In this document: piece by piece, positions 27,567 to 36,763 of the stretch
Numbering within the stretch: the first letter of the stretch is position 1
Layout of the letters: each line of letters begins with the position of its first letter
Virus record (IMG/VR): IMGVR_UViG_3300020171_000001
Location: 1 to 64,000 of that record
Direction: 5' to 3' (one strand)
Origin: a virus
DNA: 64,000 nucleotides
The notes under the pieces: generated by a model
Seen by the model: the letters and a program-made list of their open reading frames with translations, nothing else
Database searches by the model: none
What the model was told of the DNA's origin: nothing
Position numbers and translations under genes: made by a program

Positions 27567-28928
27567 CTAGTTGCGGTGGTCCGCCTTGGGCATGGCGTAG
27601 TCGCCCCGGAGGCGCGGGGGCAGGGTCAGGTACCACTGCTTGTATTCTGTTGAGGCGCTCGGGGAGAGCACCCTCCCGGCCAGCAACATGCGGGAGATGT
27701 CCCCAAAGGACATCCCAGTAGTATCCGAGAACTCCCTGTTGTCGGGGCTGTTGTCGGGGCCGGGGTCCGCCGGGTCCGCCGGGTACGCCTGGACCGTCGC
27801 CAGTCCCGCACCCGTCGGGTTCATGTCGGGGGCCGGGGCCGGGGCCTCGGGTCCGTCGTCCTGGAGCCCTGTCACCAGCTCCAGCAGGTCCTGCGCCTCC
27901 TGGAAGTCCCGCGCCTGGCGGGAGTACAGCATCCGCGCCGCGCTCAGCCCTGATGGGGACGCCAGCCAGCTCTCCGTGGTGGCGGCCAGCACCGCCCACT
28001 CCTCCGGACCCACGGCCGTCCCGTGGGCTCGAATCTGCGACAGGGTGTTAAACCTGTCGACCAGCTCCCTAGCCCTGGTGCTAATCCCGTCGGCTAGCAG
28101 GGTGATAAGCCCTACAGCCTCCAGCGCCCGCTGGTATGCCCGGCCCGCCTGCTCCCGCCGGTACTCCTGGACTCGCTCCTTCTCCGACTGGATTTCCTGC
28201 GCCAGTCGGAGGGCCTCGGCCTGTTCCTCCGGGGTCAGCCCCGAGAGAATGCGCTGCCGCTGGTAGCCCCACTCGCAGCCCTCCAGCTGCTGGGCTGCCC
28301 CCCACACCATCTTCCGGGACCCCGAAAGGGGTAGTACCACCGTGGCCAGCGCCAGTGCCTCCGGGGCCAGGTACCCCAGGAGCACCGTGGCCAGTATTGC
28401 GCCGGTGATCTTCGCCACCGCAGCCGCCAAGCTGCCGTGTGTGTCCAGCAGTGAGGGCCGCCCCAGAGCTGGATTCTCGGTTGCCCACATGGCCCCGTCC
28501 ACCTCGTCCTGGACCGCCGACAGGAGCACCTGCTCCGGGGCCGGGGCCGCCTCCAGTGCTAGGACCCACAGGGCCCCCGTCCCATTGGCCAGAGGGACCC
28601 AGGTCCCCCCCGGCTCCGGGGCCGCCTCCGGGGTCGGCTCCGGGGTCGGCTCCGGGGCCGCCTCCGGGGCCGCCTCCAGGTCCGCGGCGTCCGCGGCGAT
28701 AGTGATGGCGGCTCCCGCCGCCACTACTGCGATGGCCAGCAGCCCGAAGGCCGCCGGCTCCAGTGCCCCCGCCACAACGGTGGCTACCAGGGCCCCCGCG
28801 GCCAGTACTGCCACGGTGTACTGTAGGCCCAACAGGGCCCTGGTCAGTGCCCTGTCCAGTACCAGGGCCAGCCCGTCCAGGGCAGCCCCGCCGTCGTGTC
28901 CGTAGTGCCTCGCCATTGTCGTGTTCAT
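27567..28928 (-). CDS. membrane protein (several hydrophobic segments, PEP linker, coiled coil)
   Basis: 453 aa; RBS AAGGAG. Confidence 0.75.
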   Translation of the reverse strand: MNTTMARHYGHDGGAALDGLALVLDRALTRALLGLQYTVAVLAAGALVATVVAGALEPAAFGLLAIAVVAAGAAITIAADAADLEAAPEAAPEPTPEPTPEAAPEPGGTWVPLANGTGALWVLALEAAPAPEQVLLSAVQDEVDGAMWATENPALGRPSLLDTHGSLAAAVAKITGAILATVLLGYLAPEALALATVVLPLSGSRKMVWGAAQQLEGCEWGYQRQRILSGLTPEEQAEALRLAQEIQSEKERVQEYRREQAGRAYQRALEAVGLITLLADGISTRARELVDRFNTLSQIRAHGTAVGPEEWAVLAATTESWLASPSGLSAARMLYSRQARDFQEAQDLLELVTGLQDDGPEAPAPAPDMNPTGAGLATVQAYPADPADPGPDNSPDNREFSDTTGMSFGDISRMLLAGRVLSPSASTEYKQWYLTLPPRLRGDYAMPKADHRN

Positions 28929-28943
28929 GCCCGTCTCCTTGCG

Positions 28944-29345
28944 TTAGCTGTTGAGCGCGGCGCTGTAGCCGCTGCGCCGGTTGATGATGGCCTTGGCAGC
29001 CTGCACGTCTACCGTGCGGCGCACCGTGTTGCGGATGCGGCGGATGATGTCCTCTGCGGCCACGCCGTGGTTCAGGTATGCCGCCACGTCCCGGGCGAAC
29101 GCGGCTACTGACCGAGTGCCCCTGGCGCTGTTGCACCGGAGGCAGCTGGTCACCAAGTTGCTGTTGGCGTGGCTCCCCCCCTTGGAGTAGGGGCGGAGGT
29201 GGTCCAGGGTCAGGACCGCCCCGTCCTCCACCCCGTGCCCGCAGTAGCAGCACGCCAGTCCGTCTCGCGAGTACAGGGCCAGCCGTCGCTCCCTACGGAG
29301 CCACTTGCTGCCCTGGTATCCTGCCCCCTTGCCGCGTGCTGCCAT
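28944..29345 (-). CDS. HNH endonuclease
   Basis: RDGLACCYCG...LTLDHLRPYSKGG...NLVTSCLRCN. Confidence 0.92.
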   Translation of the reverse strand: MAARGKGAGYQGSKWLRRERRLALYSRDGLACCYCGHGVEDGAVLTLDHLRPYSKGGSHANSNLVTSCLRCNSARGTRSVAAFARDVAAYLNHGVAAEDIIRRIRNTVRRTVDVQAAKAIINRRSGYSAALNS

Positions 29346-29828
29346 GGTGTGCTCCTTGTGCGAATGAACTTGAAATCGAACTATGAAAATTTTGGGCCAA
29401 AGGTCGAATGCCCGGAATCATTCGGGTTTTTTCGGATCGATTGGGGTTTCACTATGCAAATTTTTCGCAGTAAAACCCGAAAAAAAAATGAAAAATGGCA
29501 GAAAACGGAAGGAAACCGAGAGTTTGCAAACTACGAAAATCTGTTCGTGGTGCGAAAACTTTTCATAGTTTGCAATTTTTCTTGCTTTGTCATGAGATCT
29601 GCGAAAAAATCTATTTCGCAAACCCACGGAATCAATCAAGAAAAAAATCCGCCGTGGTCCATTCCCGCGCGATCAAGCCAGTAATGCAGATCCGCTGTGC
29701 ACCGGAGAATCGACTTGACGAAACCCGCGGAAATTTCACAGGGATCTGGCAAACTGGCAGAAAAGCAATCCAGGGAAACCCCGCAATCCAGCGCGAGCCA
29801 TGGACCGCCAGGAAACCACGAATCGCCG
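29346..29828. other. AT-rich non-coding hub at the transcription divergence point (candidate origin, terminus or control region)
   Basis: abrupt drop in GC, A/T tracts, recurring GCGAAAA/TTTCGC; strand switch. Confidence 0.6.
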
Positions 29829-29910
29829 CCGAGTACCGAGCACCGAGCACCGAGCACCGAGCACCGAGCACCGAGCACCGAGCACCGAGCACCGAGCACC
29901 GAGCACCGAG
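29829..29910. repeat. heptamer tandem repeat (CCGAGCA)x10 plus variant and partial units
   Basis: direct reading. Confidence 0.97.
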
Positions 29911-29989
29911 TCCCTAGGGGTATTCCCCCCTACCCCTACGCAGTACCGAGCCAGTAGTACGGCGCGGGGGTACATCCTCCCGTGCACCT

Positions 29990-30040
29990 ACAGGCCCCCA
30001 TGCGTCCACAGGCCCCCATGCGTCCACAGGCCCCCGTGCA
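29990..30040. repeat. 18-bp tandem repeat ACAGGCCCCCATGCGTCC, ~3 copies
   Basis: direct reading. Confidence 0.85.
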
Positions 30041-30098
30041 CCCACGGGTCTTTCCGGAACCCGTTTGCCCATGTGTCTCGGCTGTTACCCCGATTTAC

Positions 30099-30126
30099 TT
30101 GACACGCCTGCCATGCCTGCCATACT
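30099..30126 (+). promoter_or_regulatory. sigma70-like promoter with (CCTGCCAT)x2 operator in the spacer
   Basis: TTGACA-N16-CATACT; ATG follows 8 nt later (near-leaderless). Confidence 0.7.
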
Positions 30127-30134
30127 CTCTCCCC

Positions 30135-30464
30135 ATGGACCTCCACCAGCGTATCCGCCAGTACCTCGGGGACGTGCACTCCCGGGCCCTCCACAAGACG
30201 CCCGGACCCCTCCGCATCCCCCTGAACACCACCGTGGACCCAGGCCAACTCGAGGCCCTGGACACACTCGTCGAGGAGACCGGTGTACCCCGGTCGCGCC
30301 TCGTGGACCGTATCCTCGCCGAGGGTATTCCCCGCGTTCGCAAGCGTCTCGGCCTGAAGGCGGAGGCCCCACCGGCAAGTCGCCCCACGGGCCCACGGAA
30401 GGCTCCCAAGGCTCCCAAGGCTCCCAAGGCTCCCAAGGCTCCCAAGGCTCCCGCGAGCGAATGA
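30135..30464 (+). CDS. ribbon-helix-helix DNA-binding protein with KAP x6 tail
   Basis: LNTTVDPGQLEALDTLVEETGVPRSRLVDRILAEG. Confidence 0.8.
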   Translation: MDLHQRIRQYLGDVHSRALHKTPGPLRIPLNTTVDPGQLEALDTLVEETGVPRSRLVDRILAEGIPRVRKRLGLKAEAPPASRPTGPRKAPKAPKAPKAPKAPKAPASE

Positions 30465-30474
30465 GCCGCCGCCG

Positions 30475-32082
30475 ATGATCGTTCTGCTCCAAGGAGACCT
30501 CTTCGACCTCTTCGACCTCTTTGGCCCAGCCGCAGCCGCAAGCCCCCCGAGCTTTACCGCGGACGCCGTGGTGGTCGACGCGCCATACTCCGAAGCCACG
30601 ACCAAGGGGCACAACGCAGGCGCCTCCGATGCCAACGATGGGCACACACGAGGGCTCATCGGGTACCCGCCGTGGGCCGCGTCCCACGTCGAGAGCTTCT
30701 GCCGGGTCATCCCCCCGCTCGTGCCCAACGGCTGGATCGTCTCCGTCACCGACGACATCCTGGGCCCGCACTGGCGCTACGAGCTTCAGCAAGCGGGGCG
30801 CTACGCCTTCCACGGGGTACCTGCCATCATCCCCGGCGGCCGCTTCCGGATGCAGGGCGACGGACCGCCCTGCGTCTCCTACCTGGTGTACGCGGCGAGA
30901 CCGCGCACCCGGGCCTTTATCGGTGGGTGGACCCCGGCCGGCTACTACATCGCGGAGGGTCCGCCCAAGGCCGGGCCCCTCGGCTCGCGACTCCGCGGCG
31001 AGAAGTCCGTGGACCTCATGACCCAGATCCTGCGGGACTATGTCCCGCCCGCGGGGGGCCATACGCCGAAGCGCCGCCTGGTCCTCGACCCGTGCTGCGG
31101 CCGTGGTTCGACCCTCGTCGCCGCGCACCAGCTCCACCACGACGCCCTCGGGGTCGAGGTGGACCCAGGCACGTTCGAGCTACTCACGCAGCGCCTGGGC
31201 GCCGAGGGGGCGCCCTTCCGCGTCGTAAGCGACCTGGCCGGAGTGCCCGACGCGCTGGAGCAGATGAGGCCCTGGCCCGCAACCCGCAACCCGGGGGCGC
31301 AAGGAGCAACGGTTACCCATGAGACACCGTACGGAAGAAGTCACGCGGCGCCGCCAGGCCATCCTGGACTACCTCCGACAGCACCCCGAGAGCCCGACGC
31401 GGGACATCCGCGCGGTCCTGGCCCTCGACCACCGGGTTGCCAACCTCACCCTGTTCCAACTCCGGGCAGACGGCCTGGTCCGGTCCACGCGGGCCACAGC
31501 AGCCCCAATGGCCTTCGGCCGTCGGCACAAGCAGATAATCAACCTCTGGGCGCTGCCCACCGGCCCAGAACTCCCGTAAGGGGCGGAGGAGCTACGATGG
31601 ACCACGCAGAACTTGGGGCCCTGGAGCAAGCCTTGGGCGAGGCGCCGCACGTCGGCCTCCGCGAGGACCTCACGAGAGATATCTGGACCAGGCTCTTGCT
31701 CCGCGACGCCAATCAGCCCCTGAACGACCTGCGGCTGGTCCTGGCGGCAGAAGACCACGCCCCTGAGGACGGGTACCGGTGGCACGCGGTGTTGGACGCG
31801 GCTAAGCGCATGCCTCGCCTGTACGTCAACTTCGAGGCCTTGCGTGAGGCCGCCACGCCACAAACGTGCTGGGCGCTGCTCGCAACGTGGCTGATCGACG
31901 CCCTGCAGTTCCCGCTGCTCACCACCGCCGCTTGTCACCTCGGGCCGGCGAGCGCCTGGGGCAAGAGCAGTACCCTCGTGCTCCCGCGGGCCCTCCTCCT
32001 CGAGCGCGTCGACGCACATCCGCAGCGCACCGCGTTCTCCCTGCAAGTGCCCCTCAAGGTCATAGCGTTCAGGACCGCTTAG
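30475..32082 (+). CDS. N4C/N6A DNA methyltransferase (beta-type order), reading through into downstream gene
   Basis: VVVDAPY catalytic motif; KSVDLMTQIL; VLDPCCGRGST; MTase domain ends near 31200. Confidence 0.75.
   Translation: MIVLLQGDLFDLFDLFGPAAAASPPSFTADAVVVDAPYSEATTKGHNAGASDANDGHTRGLIGYPPWAASHVESFCRVIPPLVPNGWIVSVTDDILGPHWRYELQQAGRYAFHGVPAIIPGGRFRMQGDGPPCVSYLVYAARPRTRAFIGGWTPAGYYIAEGPPKAGPLGSRLRGEKSVDLMTQILRDYVPPAGGHTPKRRLVLDPCCGRGSTLVAAHQLHHDALGVEVDPGTFELLTQRLGAEGAPFRVVSDLAGVPDALEQMRPWPATRNPGAQGATVTHETPYGRSHAAPPGHPGLPPTAPREPDAGHPRGPGPRPPGCQPHPVPTPGRRPGPVHAGHSSPNGLRPSAQADNQPLGAAHRPRTPVRGGGATMDHAELGALEQALGEAPHVGLREDLTRDIWTRLLLRDANQPLNDLRLVLAAEDHAPEDGYRWHAVLDAAKRMPRLYVNFEALREAATPQTCWALLATWLIDALQFPLLTTAACHLGPASAWGKSSTLVLPRALLLERVDAHPQRTAFSLQVPLKVIAFRTA
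31319..31579 (+). CDS. winged-helix DNA-binding protein nested out of frame in the MTase ORF
   Basis: RBS AAGGAG; RQAILDYLRQHPESPTRDIRAVL...LFQLRADGLV. Confidence 0.7.
   Translation: MRHRTEEVTRRRQAILDYLRQHPESPTRDIRAVLALDHRVANLTLFQLRADGLVRSTRATAAPMAFGRRHKQIINLWALPTGPELP
31597..32082 (+). CDS. hypothetical protein (own start, in frame with MTase ORF)
   Basis: RBS GGAGGAG before ATG 31597. Confidence 0.6.
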   Translation: MDHAELGALEQALGEAPHVGLREDLTRDIWTRLLLRDANQPLNDLRLVLAAEDHAPEDGYRWHAVLDAAKRMPRLYVNFEALREAATPQTCWALLATWLIDALQFPLLTTAACHLGPASAWGKSSTLVLPRALLLERVDAHPQRTAFSLQVPLKVIAFRTA

Positions 32083-32225
32083 CTGAGAACGCAGCTAGCG
32101 GGTTGCGCATTCGGAGAGTTCCGAAGCGCTGGGTCTGCAGAGTAGCCATCGGCCATACCACAGCCGAGATACTCCCGACTCCAAGAGTCGCATGCAGGCC
32201 TCGGCCCTGTCCAGGTTTTTCGGGG

Positions 32226-32275
32226 TTGACAGGCCCCGGGCTCCTTCTCTATATTAACATGCCATGTCTGACATG
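32226..32275 (+). promoter_or_regulatory. sigma70-like promoter plus CATG-repeat operator
   Basis: TTGACA-N18-TATATT, then CATGCCATGTCTGACATG. Confidence 0.75.
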
Positions 32276-32328
32276 GTATGAGAAGACGCTGCGCCGGGCG
32301 CACATCTGCCTACACGGAGGCAGGGCTT

Positions 32329-32970
32329 ATGCTCGAACGAGTATACTGTGACATCGATGGGGTCATCGCTGACATCGTGGGCGCCGCGTGCCTGAAGCTC
32401 TACCGCGTCTTCCACTTCGTGCTGCCCCCGGAAGCCATCCGGGTGTGGGACATCGCTGACGCGGCCTCGAGCTATCTGGGGGGGCTCCCGGAGGACCTGC
32501 GACCCGAGCTGTGCTCTCGGGACGCCATCGATGCGGTCCTGCAGGAGTTCTGGGCCAACAATGACTTCCTGCGGTCCGAAGTTCGCCCGTACCCTGACAC
32601 ACACGCAGTCCTCCTGGCCTACTGGAAGCTGGGCGGGGACCTGCGATTCGTCACGCGGCGGGCCGACCGGCGCCTCACGATGCTCGCGACTCGGGCCTGG
32701 CTCGCGGCCCATGGCTTCACTGATAGAGTCCCCTGCGACCATGTGAGCAGCAAGGCTGACTTCCTCGCCAGGGACTCCGGCCCATGGCTGCATGTGGAAG
32801 ACCACGCGGCGGAGGCCGAGGAGATCCGCGCCGTGATGCCGCCGGCGTGCCGCGTCGTCGTCCTCCGGAGGCCGTGGAACGCCCAGAGCCCCGTCGCCGA
32901 CCGACTGACGCCGTACGAACTGGCCCGTGTTCTGGGCCTGCCCGAGAGCATCCTGCCAGGAGTTGTTTGA
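32329..32970 (+). CDS. HAD-superfamily 5'(3')-deoxyribonucleotidase (NT5C-like)
   Basis: YCDIDGVIAD; FVTRR; K; HVEDH; RPWN. Confidence 0.85.
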   Translation: MLERVYCDIDGVIADIVGAACLKLYRVFHFVLPPEAIRVWDIADAASSYLGGLPEDLRPELCSRDAIDAVLQEFWANNDFLRSEVRPYPDTHAVLLAYWKLGGDLRFVTRRADRRLTMLATRAWLAAHGFTDRVPCDHVSSKADFLARDSGPWLHVEDHAAEAEEIRAVMPPACRVVVLRRPWNAQSPVADRLTPYELARVLGLPESILPGVV

Positions 32971-33140
32971 GGGGCCGCAGGGGGGCCATCGAGCTACAAC
33001 AGGGCGCAGCTATCGGGTTTGGCTTCGGAGACAGGATGCCGTCGAAGCCACTGGGTGCTGGGGCAGCAGACCATTACTCGGGTCGTTTGCCACTGCCGAA
33101 CAGCGTAGCAAAGAGCTTTGACCGGTGCAAGAGTTCTCTG

Positions 33141-33191
33141 TTGACAAGGCCCGTCCAAGGCCCTATTCTCTAACATGACATGCCTGACATG
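33141..33191 (+). promoter_or_regulatory. sigma70-like promoter plus CATG-repeat operator
   Basis: TTGACA-N17-TATTCT, then CATGACATGCCTGACATG. Confidence 0.78.
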
Positions 33192-33204
33192 CAGAGGAGC
33201 CGCG

Positions 33205-33546
33205 ATGACGAGAATAGCAGGGACGGCAGGGCTGGTGCTGGCTGGGTGCCTGGGGCTCCTGGGGTGCGGCGATGCCGTGGACCGGGGCGCGCAGATTGAC
33301 CGCATCTGTGCTCGGATGGACACCTGCAAGGCGGACGCACGCGACCAGACCACGTACCGCGAGGTGTACGCTGCTGGGTGCGGCGAGCACCCCATCCCGA
33401 AGTTCTGGGATCCTGTCGACGTCGAGTGCGTCGCCACTATCTACGACCGCGCCCCTTGCGCGGTACTAGCAGATCACATCGCCGACCGGTGGAACATGGG
33501 CCCCGGCGACCCTGCTACCGCAGCGGCCGAACAGGCGTGCGACTGA
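33205..33546 (+). CDS. Cys-rich lipoprotein
   Basis: hydrophobic signal peptide with lipobox LLGC; spaced Cys residues. Confidence 0.7.
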   Translation: MTRIAGTAGLVLAGCLGLLGCGDAVDRGAQIDRICARMDTCKADARDQTTYREVYAAGCGEHPIPKFWDPVDVECVATIYDRAPCAVLADHIADRWNMGPGDPATAAAEQACD

Positions 33547-33607
33547 CACGGAAGCCCGGGGGCACGGTACAGGCTCGTACTCAGCCCCAACGGGGCAGAC
33601 AGGAGAC

Positions 33608-34426
33608 ATGCCGATGGCAGACAACAAAGCAGAGAAAGCAGAGACAACCGGGGGTTCCAAGCTGCCTGCCCGGCTGGGCGCCATCGCTGTCCTGAAGGAC
33701 GGTATGATCATCTCATGGACACGCGGAGTGATGACCACGAGGCGCAGCAGCGAAACCCTCGGCAACCGGTACTTCGGGCCTTTCAAGCCCGAAGAGTGCG
33801 AGGTTCTCTACGTGGAGTTCAAAGCGCCCAACATGTGGTCCGACGCAGACGCCTGGTACGCGCAGTTCCCTGTGCATCCGTGGCATCTGGGTGATGCAGC
33901 GCCCCGGGGTCGGACAAACGCAAGTTCTCTCGCCGATGGCCTCGCCGGTCGCGAGGCGGAGCCCGAGTACACCACCCGGGCCCCGGAGAGGCAAATGAGG
34001 CTGGTCAAGCAACAAGCCTACGGCGAGTGCGGATTGGCCGCCGCGGCCACAGTACTGGGCGTGGACCTCGAGACCGTCCGTGAGGGCTTCCCCGACGCGT
34101 GCCGAGACGGGGTATCTGAGGAAGCCCTGGCGGCATACCTCACAGTGCACGGGGTCCCCGCGCTCCCATCGCTCGTGTGGCCGTCCCTGCGCATTCCGGC
34201 CATCCTCACGGTGCCTAGCCTCAACCATCCCGGCGTCTTGCACTTCGTGGTCTGGGACGGCGAACGGATCCTGGATCCGACCCACGAGGCACTGCGCTAC
34301 CCAGACGACAGGCCCGATCACGGTCGGGCCCCGGGTTCCGTTGCACCGTGGGCTTCAGCTATTCTGCTGTGGCTCCCGCGCGCTGAGACTTCCAAAGCTA
34401 CATCCGAAGCTTCAAAGGAGAGATAG
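33608..34426 (+). CDS. hypothetical N-domain plus peptidase C39-like domain (possible internal start at 33995)
   Basis: VKQQAYGECGLAA...LHFVVWDGERILDP (Q-C-H-D). Confidence 0.8.
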   Translation: MPMADNKAEKAETTGGSKLPARLGAIAVLKDGMIISWTRGVMTTRRSSETLGNRYFGPFKPEECEVLYVEFKAPNMWSDADAWYAQFPVHPWHLGDAAPRGRTNASSLADGLAGREAEPEYTTRAPERQMRLVKQQAYGECGLAAAATVLGVDLETVREGFPDACRDGVSEEALAAYLTVHGVPALPSLVWPSLRIPAILTVPSLNHPGVLHFVVWDGERILDPTHEALRYPDDRPDHGRAPGSVAPWASAILLWLPRAETSKATSEASKER

Positions 34427-34427
34427 G

Positions 34428-34949
34428 ATGCCAGATGATCTGCCCACGCACGTTACCAAGCGCTACGCGGTCTTCCTGTCCCCGGGGACTTTCTTCGACG
34501 AGGAGACCGCGCGGGAAATCCCGGACCTCCCACTGCCCCAATCCGTGGAACTCGCTGTTGCAATGGCCAAGGACGTCACAGAGCGGCACGGGGCCAAGCC
34601 CTATGGCTTCGTCTTCCACGTGAAGGAGTGGGACGAGTTCACGCAAAATGGCCAAGCCTTCAAAACCGACGTCCGGGTAACCCAGCGACCGGGGATCTTC
34701 TTCCTGGGGGGTACCGTCAAGACCCTCGATGACATCCCGGATACACCGGAGAACCACATCCTCCGCAGCAACATGCGCAACAACGGATACCAGAAGGTCA
34801 TCGAGAACAACAACTCTTGGCGCGTGACCAAGCCCTTCGGTGACGACGACGTGTTGCTGGAAACCCCCCGGGGGGCCGATGCCGATGCCGATGCCGATGC
34901 CGATGATGACGATGACGATGCCTGCTGCGCCGGGGATGGCGCGTTGTAA
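34428..34949 (+). CDS. phage hypothetical protein with AD/D tail
   Basis: FLSPGTFFDE...KPYGF...ILRSNMRNN. Confidence 0.75.
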   Translation: MPDDLPTHVTKRYAVFLSPGTFFDEETAREIPDLPLPQSVELAVAMAKDVTERHGAKPYGFVFHVKEWDEFTQNGQAFKTDVRVTQRPGIFFLGGTVKTLDDIPDTPENHILRSNMRNNGYQKVIENNNSWRVTKPFGDDDVLLETPRGADADADADADDDDDDACCAGDGAL

Positions 34950-34963
34950 CGAAGGAGCCGTCG

Positions 34964-35287
34964 ATGACCAAACTGCGTACGATAGTTGACCTGGAGGACT
35001 TGCTCCCGCCCGACGGCATGGCGCATACCACGCGCTTTCGCCCCCTGGAGACGAGCTGGGTCAATTTAGATTATGCCCTGGACGCGCTCCGGCGTCGGGG
35101 CTTGCCATGGATCGCGAATGGACTTCTGCGTAACGGAACCTACTACGTCGCCGTCGATGTCGATGGATACACAGGCATCGCCCGGGCGTTCGGGGTCGCA
35201 CTGAAGAAGGCAGAACAAGCATGGAACGAAGCGAACAAGCCCAAGCCCAAGCCCAAGCCCAAGCCCAAGCCCAAGCCCGCCCGATGA
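34964..35287 (+). CDS. hypothetical protein with KP x7 tail
   Basis: RBS AAGGAG. Confidence 0.7.
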   Translation: MTKLRTIVDLEDLLPPDGMAHTTRFRPLETSWVNLDYALDALRRRGLPWIANGLLRNGTYYVAVDVDGYTGIARAFGVALKKAEQAWNEANKPKPKPKPKPKPKPAR

Positions 35288-35874
35288 CCAAGCCCATCGC
35301 GCTGGTGAAGCAAACCAACCCCGACGAGGTCGTGGCCTATGCCTGCGGCTCGTGCGGCACCGTGGTCGGAACCGCCAAGTCCCACGGGAGCAACGCACAG
35401 GGCATGGCCGAGCGATGCTGCGCACCGCCTGCCTGCCAGCAATGCGGAGCGGTGCACGACCGGAAGCACCGGCTGTTCTGTGGCCCCTGCGAGGTGGCTC
35501 GCGAGGCGGCTCGCGAGGCCAGGCGGTTTGCGGCTGCCGAGCACATCCCGGCGTCGGACTACGACGGTCCCGTGTACTGGGACGGGACGGGGAACGATGG
35601 CTACTCCCCGTCTGTCGCGGACCTGCTCGATTGGTTTGCCGACGAGGAGACCGAGCCGCCGGCCTACGTCTGGGCATGCTCGGTGCGCCACCCGAGCCTG
35701 GACGCAGATGATCTCCTGGAACACGCGCTGGACGACCACCACGAGGACTGCGACCTGGACGCTGTTGACGAGTTGCGGGCGTTCGTCGCGCGCTGGAACG
35801 CGCAGCAAACCGACGAGACATGGGACGTCGACGTTACGTGTGCTGTGCTACTGACCAACGAGGTGGAATCATGA
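35284..35874 (+). CDS. Zn-finger hypothetical protein
   Basis: CGSC, CQQC, CGPC; acidic C-terminus. Confidence 0.7.
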   Translation: MTKPIALVKQTNPDEVVAYACGSCGTVVGTAKSHGSNAQGMAERCCAPPACQQCGAVHDRKHRLFCGPCEVAREAAREARRFAAAEHIPASDYDGPVYWDGTGNDGYSPSVADLLDWFADEETEPPAYVWACSVRHPSLDADDLLEHALDDHHEDCDLDAVDELRAFVARWNAQQTDETWDVDVTCAVLLTNEVES

Positions 35875-36024
35875 CTCGAGCTACTTGCCCCGGCCCCAGC
35901 CTGGGGCAGCTGGAACGGTTCCCAGAGATGCTCCACGTCGCGGCCCTGGAGGTTAAAGCCGCTTCCAAGAAAGTTGGATAAACTTGGACAAAGGGGGCTT
36001 GACAGGGCTAACAGGAGGACTAAA

Positions 36025-36249
36025 ATGAGGGTGGTTTCAGTGAGCAGGACAGAGTTCAAAACGGAAGATGGCCAAGTTTACCCAATCGATCCGCCACTTA
36101 CGGAGGACATGACGCCGGATGAGTTCCAAGAGCACTATGACCTCGCTGCTGCCCTTGTCGGAAGCCTCCAGGCTTCTGGGGACAACGCCCCGAACACTGA
36201 GGCGCTGGGACGCAGCCGGAAAGATCAAGACGGTAAGGAGCCCCGGTAA
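36025..36249 (+). CDS. small ORF overlapping tnpA 5' end in another frame
   Basis: RBS AGGAGG; MRVVSVSRTEFKTEDG... Confidence 0.55.
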   Translation: MRVVSVSRTEFKTEDGQVYPIDPPLTEDMTPDEFQEHYDLAAALVGSLQASGDNAPNTEALGRSRKDQDGKEPR

Positions 36250-36763
36250 TCACCGGCTCATCCCCATGTCCGAGATTGAACGACTCCGAGGCGAAGACGC
36301 CATTCGTCGGACAGTTACGCTGACATACTGTCGCTGTTCCACACATAAACAAAAAGAGAACCTGGACAGACAGGTAGGCAGGCTCCTGGAGCACTGCCTC
36401 CAAGAAGGCTGGAAGCCAGAATTGTTCAAGGACATCGGCAGCGGCCTAAATGACAACCGCAAGCAGTTCAAGAAGCTCCTCAAGCGGATACCTGGCGGGG
36501 ACGTGAAACGGGTGTTGGTGGAGTACAAGGACAGATTATGTCACTATGGATTCACGGTGTTCCAGGGTTACTGCGAGGGCTTGGGTGTTGACGTGGTGGT
36601 GCTAGAGGAGCAAGAGCATAAGGAATTTGAGCAAGAGTTTGCCCAGGACGTAGTGGCTCTAATCGCGTCCTTCTCAGCCAGACTGTATGGGAGAAGGGGC
36701 GGTAGGAAAAAAGTGTTAGTTGCTGCCACGGAGAAGCCAACGGGAGATGGAAACGATGGCTGA
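36119..36763 (+). CDS. tnpA: IS607 serine transposase TnpA
   Basis: MerR-like HTH (RTLRRWDAAGKI) + YCRCS, DIGSGL, KDRL, FSARLYG. Confidence 0.95.
   Translation: MSSKSTMTSLLPLSEASRLLGTTPRTLRRWDAAGKIKTVRSPGNHRLIPMSEIERLRGEDAIRRTVTLTYCRCSTHKQKENLDRQVGRLLEHCLQEGWKPELFKDIGSGLNDNRKQFKKLLKRIPGGDVKRVLVEYKDRLCHYGFTVFQGYCEGLGVDVVVLEEQEHKEFEQEFAQDVVALIASFSARLYGRRGGRKKVLVAATEKPTGDGNDG

Noticed and set aside
29829-29910. CRISPR array
   Set aside because: Contiguous 7-bp units without spacers; no cas genes. The 25.65-25.97 kb repeats also lack regular unique spacers.
29169-30102. ORFs in the AT-rich hub (e.g. STEHRAP repeats)
   Set aside because: Translations of the heptamer repeat and A/T tracts with no RBS.
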